A stretch of 63,975 bases of DNA, the filler included, from Fonticula-like sp. SCN 57-25 (Eukaryota): assembly GCA_001724245.1 (NCBI GenBank). It is 3 parts of 3 records of this genome, joined end to end, with 100 filler letters (N's around TTAATTAATTAA, not from the genome) between each part and the next. Parts side by side here need not be neighbours in the genome. Positions count along the whole stretch, not along the records: positions 1 to 23,332 come from MEDX01000070.1; 2 more parts are not named here. The stretch is one strand, 5' to 3'. Made by a program: the position numbers and the translations under genes. The notes beneath the pieces were generated by a model. It was not told the DNA's origin, made no database searches, and saw nothing but the letters and a program-made list of their open reading frames with translations. The stretch's first letter is position 1, and every line of letters begins with the position of its first letter. Shown here piece after piece: positions 1-12,100 of this stretch.

Positions 1-970
1 ACCGATACGACACAAAAATACACTAAAAGACATCAAAATAACATGAAAATGACACTAAAATGACACTAAACCACTCACAATAAACACAATAAATATCACC
101 ACACCACTCACTTGCTGTACCACCATCATCATAAACATTGCTGCACCGACTGTTCTTTCCCTTCCCTTCCCTTGTCTCCCCTTCCCTCCCACTGCCGCTC
201 GCACCCTCGTCCTGCAGGAGGTCCTTGAGTGTGCGCCACGCGTTCTTGGACTCGCCGCCGGACTGAGTCGACACGCGCGTGTTCACCACCCAGATGGGGT
301 TGGTCAGAACAGTCGTGATCACGCCTGCGGCAAGGTTAAATGGGTTAGTAAAGTGATGAAGGGGAGAATTACATCATCAATTACGTCATCATCAACATAC
401 ACCCGTTAACATTATCATATTCACAGTAACATTGCCGTATCGAAACATTCACGGCATCCATACCAAACACAAATCCACCCACACAGCATCATATCCCTGC
501 CATCCGTACCAGCAAAGGTGCCGACGACGAGACCGTCCAAACTGGTCAGATTCCGCGCAAGTTTCTTCACTGCAAACGCCTTGGTCGCCTCATACGAGTA
601 GAAAAAGATGCCCTGCGTCACAGCCACGCCAAACAGCGCCGATCCTATCCCGCTGCAGGCAACAACATCAGCAACAATCGGGGCGATCGGGGGGTGATGA
701 CGTACGCGTATAGAGGCGCAATGCCGTCGCGGCGAAACATCTCCATCAGGGAGTCAAGTGCGCCCTTGCGTGTGTCGAGCTGCTGAAGGCGCGTCGCGAG
801 ATTGAGCAGCGGGTACGTCAGGCCGGTGGCAATCACGCCGCCACCGGCGCCTAATCGTGGCAAAAAAGAAAACTGTGGTTAATACAAACGTACATATGGC
901 AGCCACAATACAGTTAATCTAAAGCGAACGAGCGCGCACCCGACAGCAGATGCGCCAGATTCTCGCTCAT
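1..970 (-). CDS. Mitochondrial-carrier-family protein, peroxisomal PMP34/SLC25A17/PMP47-like; spliced, 3' end runs off the window
   Basis: Joined exons from ATG 970: MSENLAHLLSGAGGGVIATGLTYPLLNLATRLQ...GIGSALFGVAVTQGIFFYSYE...GVITTVLTNPIWVVNTR. Has carrier helices and the TNPIWVVNTR motif typical of PMP34/PMP47. Confidence 0.8.
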
Positions 971-1016
971 AATGTCCAAAATGCGTCGTCGGCAACAATG
1001 GTGGTCAAAACGAAAC

Positions 1017-1050
1017 GGCGGGAAAAACGGCCGCTTGTTTGATCACGTGA
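1017..1050. promoter_or_regulatory. Candidate elements in the 117-bp bidirectional spacer: GGCGGGAAA (E2F-like) and palindromic E-box TCACGTGA
   Basis: GGCGGGAAA at 1017-1025 and TCACGTGA at 1043-1050, between divergent ATGs at 970 and 1088. CACGTG also occurs in the Hsp10/Hsp60 and Msh6/Cox10 spacers. Confidence 0.4.
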
Positions 1051-1087
1051 CCGCGTGCGTCGTTGGCTGCACGGGGATTGCGTCGTC

Positions 1088-2822
1088 ATGGCGACCAAGG
1101 CAATGATTGAAGAGTCTCTGGACCTCGAGGGTGCGCTGCTCGCCGCATTATAGTGCCATGCTTGTTCTAACCGTATCTTTTTGCTTGCAGAGATCGACGA
1201 GTGCATGTTTCGGAGCAAGTCGCTTTGGAAGCCGCTCGGTGCGCGCGGAGTGTTTGGCGGCCAGGTGGTCGGCCAATCCCTCGTCGCTGCGATGCGCACG
1301 GTGAGCGAGAAGCTTTCCGTGCACGCGCTGCACTCCTTCTTCCTCCTGCCGGGCGACTCGACGCGCCCGATCATCTACCAGGTGGCTCGCCTGCGCGATG
1401 GTGCGCATGCGGCAAGACGGCCAGTGATTGCCATGCCGGGATTGCTCACGCGTGTCTGCATCAGGTAACAGCTTTGCGACGCGCAGTGTGACGGCCGTGC
1501 AAAAGGGCCGCGCCATTTTTACGTGCCAGATCTCGTTCCACGTGGCGGAAGAGTACTACCTCGAGCATCAGGTACGCGCGGCATCATGGCCATGTCATGT
1601 CTCTCACCATGCGTCATGAACATCGTCCTTCTTCGTCATCCATAATATTTGCCCCACCACTTGCTTTCTTTGTGATCCCTGCTGCCATCTTGCGATCCAA
1701 CGCGTTGCACATCACCCGATCGCCGTGATCCCCGCAGTCCAAGATGCCCCCCGCCCCCCCGCCAGAGTCGGTCCCGAACGAGACCGAGCGCCTTCAGGAG
1801 ATCCTCGCCGACCCGCGCTTCCCCAAGCGCTCGCGCGAGTGGCTCGAAAAGCTCATGAACCAGGTGCGCATCGCCGCTTTTTTCGTTCTGTTCCTTCTTT
1901 ATGCCTTCTTTGTGCCTTCTATGTGTTGCTTGACCACCTTTGAACTACACTTCACCTGCCTTGACACCGTTTTGACACCGTTGACTCACGATAAAATCCG
2001 CATGCGTTTTGCTTGCGATTTTCTTATGCAATTAGCCTCTTCCAATTGATATTCGCATGTGCGACATGGGCGACCCGTTCGCCCCCGTGACGCGCGACCC
2101 CGTCCGCCAGATGTGCTGGATGCGCGCCAACGGCAAGCTCGGCGACGACCCGAACCTGCACCTCGCCGTGGCGGCGTACGCGAGCGACCACAGGCTGCTC
2201 ACGACGCCGCTGCTCGGGCACGGAATGTCCAACTTTAACAGCGGAGTGAAGCTCATGGCGTCGCTCGACCACTCGATGTGGTTCCATGCGCCGTTCAGGT
2301 GCGCGGGAAAATGTTGGAAGGAGGTGTGGCTAACGAGGTGTGGCGGTGATGGTAGGGCGGACGACTGGCTTCTCTACGAGTTTGACGTGCGTTTTCGTGG
2401 TGAAAATGGAGTGGAAATGCTGGGCAAAGTGGGCTTTATGCTCATTTATTGGGTTCATATCTGTTCCATATTGTCGCGTAGTTTGACTGGGTTTGACATT
2501 TTATGATAGTTTTTGGCTGTTTTTTGACACTTAAAAGTGGTTTTTGTTACATTTGTATTAGTTTTGTACTCACGTCTCTTGTGCTTGCAGAGTCATCGCA
2601 TGGCGGGAAACCGCGCCCTCACGTTCGGCAAGGTGTACGACAAGGATGGGCGCCTCGTGGTACGACTCCTTGCCCATTCTCCCCTTTCTTTTCTTTATTC
2701 TGTTCATTGCTGATTGGTCTGTTTAGGTGTCGGTGGCGCAGGAAGGTCTCATTCGGCTGGAAGAGTCGTTTGCGCAAAAGCACACAGGGCAGGCGACGGC
2801 GCGCAAGATGGCCCGCTTGTAA
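1088..2822 (+). CDS. ACOT8: Acyl-CoA thioesterase II (TesB/ACOT8/Pte1) with C-terminal PTS1 (-ARL)
   Basis: Motifs GVFGGQVVGQSL, HALHSFFL, RLRDGNSFATRSV, AYASDH, ASLDHSMWFH, RADDWLLYE, VSVAQEGLIR. The last exon reads ...ARKMARL* (TAA 2820-2822). Confidence 0.92.
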
Positions 2823-3136
2823 GTATATATTTCACCTCAATATATTTATCATTTGCACGCTACTAGTTTGTTTTTGTTATTTGGTTCATGCGCAGTAAAG
2901 TTTCAGTCGATATAGTTATAAAAAGAAACGCCGTTGCGCGCAAAAGAGCCGTTGGCGCGCTACGGATGCTGCGGATGGGCAGGGTGTGGCTGACGGGGGC
3001 GCATAATTAGTGCTGGACCAATCGAGTAATGATCGATCGTTTGATTAAAAATGGCGACCCTGATTATGCTAATTTTCAGAATAAATCAGAGTCTGCGGTC
3101 GATTTGGAGGCGCGCGCCCGTGCGGTAGGACATTGA

Positions 3137-6100
3137 ATGGCGTCTTCGCCGGACCCGTTCTCTGCCAAGGCGCAGCAGCTGAGCGATCCAAAGCTGCGTA
3201 CGTACCTTTAACGCGGTTTTAGCTTTTTTTTGATATTAATATTGACCATGCTTTTTTTCCTCAATCCTTTCAGCCATTGAAAAGCAGCTGCAGATCACGC
3301 TCGGGATCCGCGATCAGATCGAGCTGATCCAGAGCAATGATTACCCTTTATTCTTAAAGGCATTCCTTCCCGTGTTTCTTCGCATTCTTCGCGAGGTCCG
3401 CATTCAGTTTGTGGACAACACGCCCGAGCAAAAGCTCCGCAATACGGTCCTCGAGATCATCAACAAACTTCCTTCGTACGATGCGCTTCGTCCGCATGTG
3501 CCCGAGCTCGCGCGCGAGGTGATGCGCCTGCTCGAGAACGAGAACGAGGACAACGCGGCCGTGTGCCTTCGCATCATCATTGAGCTCCACAAGAACTTTA
3601 GGTCGCCTGCGATTCTCGAGGATCAGGTGCAGCCATTCTTTGAGCTCGTCCAGCGCATGTACAGGAACCTGCCGACATCGGTCCGCGTCATCATCGACAA
3701 GCACCCGGCGGAAAAGGTAACGAAACGAACGCATTTATATTTGAAGAAACGAAGAAGAGTCTTTTTGTGTGTTTTTGTGTGTTTCTTGAATCTTTTGTGG
3801 GGAATCATCGTGATCATCCTTGATAAAACGGGATCACTTTTGAATCCATTTGAGTTAAAAATTGAGCTCGACATTGGTTTCTTGAGCCAGTTTATGTCAT
3901 TTTAGTGTCATTTTTGTGCCAATTTTCCTCTTTTTCCTCACTTTCTCACCCCCCTCCCTCCAGGAATCTCCGTACGTCGGCGCCGTTTCGCCGCCGACCG
4001 CGCCCGCGCCCGCCGCCAAGGACGGCAAGGCCGCCCCCGACGCCAAGGCCGAGCCCAAGCAGCTCATCCGCAGCATGTTTTCCTTCAAAGTTCTCACCGA
4101 GTGCCCGATCCTGATCGTGCTGCTCTTCCAGCTCTACGCAAAGTTTAGCCAGACGCACCTGCCGCAGTTTGTGCCGCTCATCATTGGCGCGCTCAAGCTG
4201 CAGGCCGAGGCGCAGGAGCGCATGCACAGGGAGAACCCGCACTCGGTCGGGGTCAGCCCGGCGGTGCAGGACAAGGTCGCGTATGGCGACTTTATCGGCA
4301 CGCAAGTGAAGGTACGAAGAGGAGAAGGAGAAAAGGAAAATTAGTGAAAAATTAGTGAAAAATGAATGGAAAATGAGCGAAAAATGAGTGGAAAATGCGC
4401 TTTTGTTTTATTTAGGCTCTTTTTGTGTCACTTTTTGTGCTCTTATCCGCCACTTTCCCATCACTTTCGCCTTTTCTAACGCATTTTCCAGACTGTTTCC
4501 TTCCTCGCGTACACCCTTCGCAGCTCCCTTCAGCTGCTCGCGCCCTACCAGGCACAAATCCCCGTCTTTGTCATCCAGCTTTTGCGCAACTGCCCCGCCG
4601 AGGCGACCGCCACGCGTAAGGAGCTGCTCGTCGCCACGCGGCACATTCTGCTCGCGAACGAGTTTAGAACGGCGTTTATGCCGCACATTGACGAGCTGCT
4701 GCAGACAGAGTACATTCTCGGCACAGGACTGACGTCGCAGCAGACCCTCAAGTACGTGTTTATTTTTGGTTAATTTTGACCACTTTTGTGCACTTTCTCT
4801 CATTCTGTGACACATTTGTTTCATTTTGTGACACTTTTCTGCAACGTGTCTGCCTTCCCCCCCTCTTTTCTCCGCCTTTCCTCCTTCTCTAACCCCCTTT
4901 CCAGGTCCCCTGCCTTCAGCATCTTTGCTGACCTTTTCCACCACGTCCGCTCCGAGCTCAAGCTCCCGCAGCTCATCATGACCGTGTACATTTACACGCG
5001 CAATCTCCACGACACTTCCCTCGCCTTTAACACGCAAACAATGTCGGCCAAGCTTCTCATCAACCTTGTCGAGGCGATCCGCAAGGGCGAGCACGACCGC
5101 GCCGACCGCCGCCACCTCCTGCTGCGCATCCTCACGGCGTTTGCCAACAAGTTTACGGCGCTCAAGAACCAGATCCCGGCGCTGGTCGCGCAGAGCAAGC
5201 GTGCGAGCGAGGCGCGCGAGGCGGGCGACGACGGCGCTGCTGGCGGGGCGGCGTCGACTTCGGCGTCGGCTGTGGCGGCCGCAACGCCGCAGGCCGGCGC
5301 GGCGTCTTCGTCGGCGGCCGACGGCACCGAAGCTTCTTCCGATGCTGCTGCCGCCGCCGCTTCCTCTTCGGCCGGCGCGTCGGACGCCACGGAAGACTTT
5401 GAGATTCTGTACACGCCGCCGATCCGCACGAACGCGACGGCGAATGACGGCGGCGCCGACACGATCAAGGAGGCGCGCTTCCTGTTCCGCACGCTCGTGC
5501 TGGGCCTCAAGAACATTGTGCTCGGCATCGCGTCCATGTCGCCGCCGCCCGCCGTGCAGCAGCAGCAGGCGCAGCAGCAGGGCCAGATGCAGGGTCAGAT
5601 GCAGGGCCAGATGCCCGGTCAGCAGATGCAGGGGCAGATGCAGGGCCAGATGCAGGGCCAGATTCAGGGCGGGTTTGTGTCGGGTGGCGGCGTGGATGTC
5701 GACCTGTACATCCGGATGCTGCGCGACGGCCTGTACTGCTTTGATATCTACCTTGTGAACAAGGATGATAGCGGGAAGCGCGAGGGCGAAAAGGACGCGC
5801 TGGACGGCTTTGCGGCCGTGTTTACGGTGGTCGACCCGGCCATGTTTCAGGACATTTTCAACTCGCAGATGCAGTTTATCTTCCAGCGCATCATTGACAA
5901 CCAGCTCATCCTCACGATTATTCAGCACTTTTTGGCCAACCCGGGCGTGACGCGCACGTTTGCCGAGATGCTGCTGCGCTTTTTGGTGGACCGGTTGGAC
6001 ACGCTGGGCGAGCCCGAAAAGACGACGAGCGTGATGCTGCGCCTGTTCAAGCTTGTGTTTGGCTCGGTGGCGCTGTTTGCCGACGTGGCGGGCAACTCGA

Positions 6101-9100
6101 ACGAGCCCGTCTTGCAGCCGCACCTCGGGACGATCATCCGCACGTCGCTGCGGATGGCCGCCAAGGTGCGCGAGCCGCTCAACTATTTTATGCTGCTGCG
6201 CGCGCTCTTCCGCAGCATCGGCGGGCACAAGTTTGAGCTGCTCTACAAAGAGTTTTTGCCGCTGCTGCCCGTGCTGCTCGAGAGCCTGAACCGTCTTTTG
6301 ACGACGACGCACAAGCCGCAGATGCGCGAGCTGTTTGTCGAGCTGTGCCTGACGGTGCCCGTGCGCCTGTCGGCGCTGCTGCCGTTCCTGCACTACCTTA
6401 TGCGGCCGCTTGTGCTCGCGCTGCAGGCCGGGCCGGACCTCGTGAGCCAGGGCCTGCGCACGCTCGAGCTGTGCATCGACAACCTGACGCCGAGCTTCCT
6501 CGACCCGATCATCTCGCCCGTCATCCACGACCTCATGGAGGCGCTCGGCAAGCATCTCAAGCCGCTGCCGTACCACACAAACCACAGCCACACGACACTG
6601 CGCATTCTCGGCAAGCTCGGCGGGCGCAACCGCCGCATGCTAAAGGACCTGCGCGCGCTGCCGTTCCAAGAGTTTGTCGAGCCGGGCATCGCGCTCGAGT
6701 TTGAGTTTACCGATGGCTCGTCGCTGGCGCTGCCGCTCGAGCCGATGGTGCATGACGCGCACCGCTGGCTGCTCACGGGCAAGGACCCGGCGCGCCGCGC
6801 GCACGCGGCGCTCTTCCTCCGCAACTGCCTCATCATGCTCATCGACGCGTCGACAGGTACCGAGCGGCTCGCCACGGCCACGTACGAGGCGGTCCGCCGC
6901 GCGGCCGACGGGTCGGCGCAGCCGGTCAAGCAGGACGCGCGCAAGGCCAACGAGCGCGACAAGGTGCCGCACCACCTGCGCATCATCAACAAGCCGGTCA
7001 AGCTCGCGCACGACAAGGTGCTCGAGTCGCTGCTCGTGAGCGCGCTGCACGCCGCGGTCGTTATTGAGGAGGAGGACATGAGCGCCGAGGACGCCGCCGC
7101 CATCAAGGCCGCCGCCGCCGAAGCGCAGCAGTTCCTCGACGTGATCGCGCGCCAGTTTGCGTTTGTCAAGGTGGCCGAGGTGACGGCGCGGCGCCGCAGC
7201 GACCAGGCCAAGCCGCTCATCCTCGACACGGACATGTTCCTGTCGGCCATCGTGACGGCGCTGAGCAGCACCGAGCGCCGCTTTGCCGAGACGGTCGAGC
7301 GCACGCTGCGCATCTTTACAGAGTCGTGCGAGACGCTGCTCGGCTCAAAGGTGCTCGTCGGGCGCCTGCCCTTCTTTGACAGCCTCGCGTCGCGCCTGTG
7401 CGCCGCGTCGTACGAAAAGGAGATGAACAGCAAGACGGGTGGCAGCCTCGGCATCTCGATCGTGACGTCGCGCCTCGACCTGGGCGTCGGGTGGCTGCGC
7501 CGCCACGAGCTCAAGTTTGTGCGCGCTCTGCTGTTTATCCTTCGCGACCTGTCGACCGACATCAACACGGGCGTCGGCGAGGAGACGCAGGCGACGCTCA
7601 GCCACATCCTCAAGGTGTGCAACAAGCCCAGCGACGACGCTGAGGAGCAGGGTGCCGAGGTGCAAAAGCTCTTCCAGGAGCTCATCAAGCTGCTCATCTC
7701 GGAGCTGTCCAACTCGAGCAGCATCGTGCGCTCGACCGTGCGCGCCAGCTTCCAGGAGCTCGCCGACCTGTCGGGCAGCGAAGTCACCGAGCTGCTCGAG
7801 CCGTGCAAGGAGCGCGTCGTGCAGCTTATTGAAAACTCAAAGAACTTGCGAACGCTGCCGCTGCCGATGCAGGTCGGGCACCTCGAGGCCATCTCGTTCT
7901 GCCTCTCGCTGCGGCCGCCGATCGTCCAGTTTGACAACAACCTCACCAACGCAGTCGTCAAGATCCTCAATGACACGCTTGTCGTTGTTGAGAACGATGA
8001 CGCGGTGCCGCCCACCAAGACGCCCGGCTACAAGAACCACGCGCACTATATGCCGCTGCGCGTCGCGAGCGTTGAGTGCATGACGGCCGTGATGAACTGC
8101 TCCGACTTTCAGCATCAGGACATGCGCACGCGCGTCATCCTGGCCTTTTTCAAGGCGCTGTCGCAGACGTCGCCCGAGGTCGTCGAGGTGGCCAAGAAGG
8201 GCCTCGCGCAGGTGCTTGCCGTGTACAAGCTGCCCAAGGACCTGCTGCAAAACTCGCTGCGGCCCGTGCTGCTCAACCTCGCCGACCACAAGAAGCTCGA
8301 CGTGAACATTCTGCAGTCGCTCTCGCGCCTGCTCGAGCTGCTCACCAACTGCTTCAACGTCAAGCTCGGCGACACGCTGCTCGACCACTGCCGCAAGTTT
8401 GCCGAGGCGGCGCTCGCGCGCATGCTGACCGAGCACACGCTGCCCGACCAGCGCGAGATTGCCATTGTGACGGCCATCCTCGAGAACCTGCACCTGCTGC
8501 CCACCATGGCCGTCAAGCTGCTCGAGCCGATGGTCGCCGTCGTGCTGCAGCTCGAGCAGACGTACCGCCGCGAGGCGTCGTCCTCGTTCCGCCTGCCGCT
8601 CATCAAGTTTGTCAACAGGTACCCGACCGAGTCGGTCGAGTTTATCTTTCAGCGGCTGCACCTCAACGACTATGCGCGCCTCTTTTTCGCCGTGCTCGAC
8701 TCTGACCAGGCCGAGCCGGTGCGCGCCGAGTTTTTGCGCCACCCCGACCTTGTCCTGCAGACATGCCTCGCGGAAGGTCTGTCGCCCGAGCACCTGCACA
8801 ACGGCGTCCGCATCGTGCGCGCGCTCGTGGCGCACGAGCCCAAGTGGCTGGTCGAGAACCGCGCCATCCTCGATGCGCTGCTGCGCATCTGGCGCCAAAA
8901 GTCGCAGCAGCTGTACGCGTCGCCCAAGAACGGCGCCGACGACGCGGTGCAGCTGGCCGTGCTTGCCGAGGCCGAGTGCCTGCTCGAGTGCTTCATTGCC
9001 TACTACCGCGCCGTACCGACCGAGGTGGACCTCATCTTTGAAGTCGCGGCCGTGTTCAGCCAGCCCGTTATGATGGACGTGAGCTTTGCGCGCCGCTTCC

Positions 9101-12100
9101 TGTTCAACGACGTGGCGGCGCAGTCTTCGCCTGCGCACAAGAACCTCCTGATGCACCGCTTCCTAGCGCTTTACAAGGACGAGGCCGTACCGGACCGCCT
9201 CAAGACGATCGCGCTGCAGATGGTGATTGTCCCCATGCTTGTCTTTTCGCACCGCGCCGGCGAGCAGCTCGCGACCATCCTGGACCGCGAGGTGCTCGCC
9301 GAGGTGCACCGCGACCTCATCCTGCGCGTCGCCGAGCGCGAGCCTGGCCAGGGCGAGGGCCTCTGCGTCGAGGTGCTCCAGCTGCTCACGCTCATCGTGC
9401 ACGTCGCGCCGTCGCTGCTGCACGACCACCGCCGCGACCTCATCCGCCTCGTGTGGAACCTGCTGCGCTTCGAGGACGTCACCGTGAAGCACTCTGCCTA
9501 CGTGCTTGTCGCGCGCTTCATTGAGGCGTACGAGTCGCCGGCGGCGCTCGTGAACCAGATGTTTGCGCAGCTGCTGCGCGCGCACCAGCCCGAGGCGCGC
9601 ATTCTCGTCAAGCAGGCGCTCGACATCCTCACGCCCGCACTGCCCAAGCGCACCGCGCCCGAGCCGGGCCAGCGCCACCCGAACTGGATGAAGCTCATCC
9701 GCCGCACCATCATCGACGAGGGGCACCTGCTGCCGCAGCTCGTGCTCATCTGGCAGCTGCTCATCCGCCACGCCGACCTCATGTACCCGTACCGCGACCA
9801 GTTTGTGTTCCAGATCGTGCACTCGATCACGCGCATCGGCTTTACGATCGCCGAGAACCGCAAGCTGGCGATCGACCTTGCCGAGCTCATGCTGCGCTGG
9901 GAGAAGCGCCGGATCAGCGCCCGCGGCGCGCGCTCTGACGCCATGGAGGTGGACTCTGCACCGAGCTCGGGCCAGAAGCACCGGGCGGCCGACGAGGGCA
10001 CGCCCAGCGAGCACATGGCCAAGCGGTTCAAGAACGAGTTTGGCTCGCCAACGTCGCCGCTGCTCGGCACGCCCAGCACGCCGACGACGCCCAGCATTGG
10101 TGGCGCCGCTGGGGATGCAGAGCACCGCCTGCCGACCGTGTGCATCGAGACGGTCATCAACTACCTCATCCGCCTGTCGTGCACCTTTGTCAACGCGCAG
10201 GACAAGAAGACGCTGCTGCCGCGCTGCCTCGACCTGCTCACAGACTACCTTAGCCAGGACCTGTCGGGCGAGGTCAACATCAAGCTCGTCTACTTTGAAA
10301 AGATCCTCGGCGCGCACGAGCTGCCCAAGGACACAGGCATCATCGTGACCGCGCTGCGCCTGCTGCGCATCATCTTTACGAGCCGCCAGCCGGTCTACTT
10401 TGTCGACAACTTTGCGCTCGTCGCAAAGTGCCTCGACCGCTTCCTCAACTGCGAGCTGCCGGTCGTCGTCGACGAGGTGCAGCCGCTCATGGGCACCATC
10501 TTTTCGACGCTCGCCATGGTCGAGCAAAACATGTCGACATCGGGGACGCTCTCTGAGGAGATGCGCGCCTTCCAGGCCGAGGCGCAGACCTTCCGCGCCC
10601 GCGTCGACGAGTCGGTCCACGCGTCGCTCCAGTCGCACCGCACGCTTCACAGCGCCGTGTCGCTGTTGTCAGTGCAGCAGGAAAAGGCCGTTGACCGCTT
10701 CACCAACCTGCTTGTCCGTACGCTCAGCCGCACCGCGCAAGAGTACATTTCGTTCCTCGTGAACGCGCCGGCTGCCAACGCGGCGGCGGCAGCCTTTGCG
10801 CAGGCGCACACGCCCGCGCCGCCGGCGAACGCGCCAGGCGTCCAGGGCGCGATGCCGCACCAGCACGGCGGCGCTCCCGGCATGCCTCAGCAGCACCAGC
10901 AGGGCCAGCCCCCGCCTGTGAACCCCTTCGTGCTCCAGGCAGGCATCCCCAGCACGGGCCCCGCGCTGCTCGAGCTGCTCGTCAACTGCATCTGCTCGCT
11001 GCTGCGCCTCCTGCGCGGCCGCCTGCACCTCATGGGCGACCTTCGCAAGCTCTTTGTGAACGCGCTCGCGGTTCTCGTCGAGCGCAACACGGACGCCGAG
11101 ATCCTCAACACGGTCTTGTCGATCGCGAGCGGCTGGGTGGCCTCTCCGCAGGAGACGTACCCGACGCGCCGCGAGCAGACTTCGGTGCTCGTCAAGCTGA
11201 TGGTGCTGGAGCGCCGCGGCGATGACGCGCTCACCGAGCAGTACCTGCAGCTCGTGCGCCGCGTGTACGAGGAGCCGCAGCTCAAGGGCACCGAGCTCAC
11301 CGCCAAGCTCGAGCCGGCGTTCCTGCTCGGCCTTCACTGGAAGAACGCTGCTCTGCGCGCGTCCTTTGCGGCCATCTACGACGCGTCGGTCGGTCGGTCG
11401 CCGTATGAGCGGCTGTGCCACCTGCTCGCTGTGCAGGACTGGCAGACGCAGTGCACGCTGTACTGGATGGAGCAGGTGCTCGACCTCTCGCTGGCCATGT
11501 TCAACCCCGACGCGCCGCTGCGCCTCTCGCAGGACGGCGTGCGCACCATGCCCATCTCGTACATTGAAGAGTCGGTGCTTGACGACGACGGCAACATTGT
11601 CGACGTCATGGACGACCGTCCCGAGGCGGTGACGGCGCGCATGCAGTCGTTCGTGAGCGCGCACCAAAAGTCGCTGTCCGAGTGCTGCTCCATCACGGCC
11701 GCGTCGACGCTCTCGTCGCTGCGGTACCTCATCTTTGACAACCGCGCGGTGGCGCAGCGCATCTGGAGCGACCTCTTTGCGCTTCTGTGGGCGCGCTTCT
11801 CTGCCGACGAGCAGCGCGACATTTCGAGCGTGCTCGTGCAGCTGCTGTCCAAGGAGTACCACCTGTTCCAGCAGACGATGCGGCCCAACTGCATCCAGGC
11901 GCTGCTCGAGGGCGTCATGAAGTGCAGCCCGCCCGTGCAGCTGCCGCCGCAGCTCGTAAAGTACCTCGGAAAGATGTACAACGGCTGGTTCACGGCGATC
12001 GAGATCTTGCAGACGTACACGGTCGGCCACAGCGACGTGACCGACGACGGCAGCGACGTGACGACGCAGCGCCTGGGCGGCATGTCGCTCTCGTCCTCTG

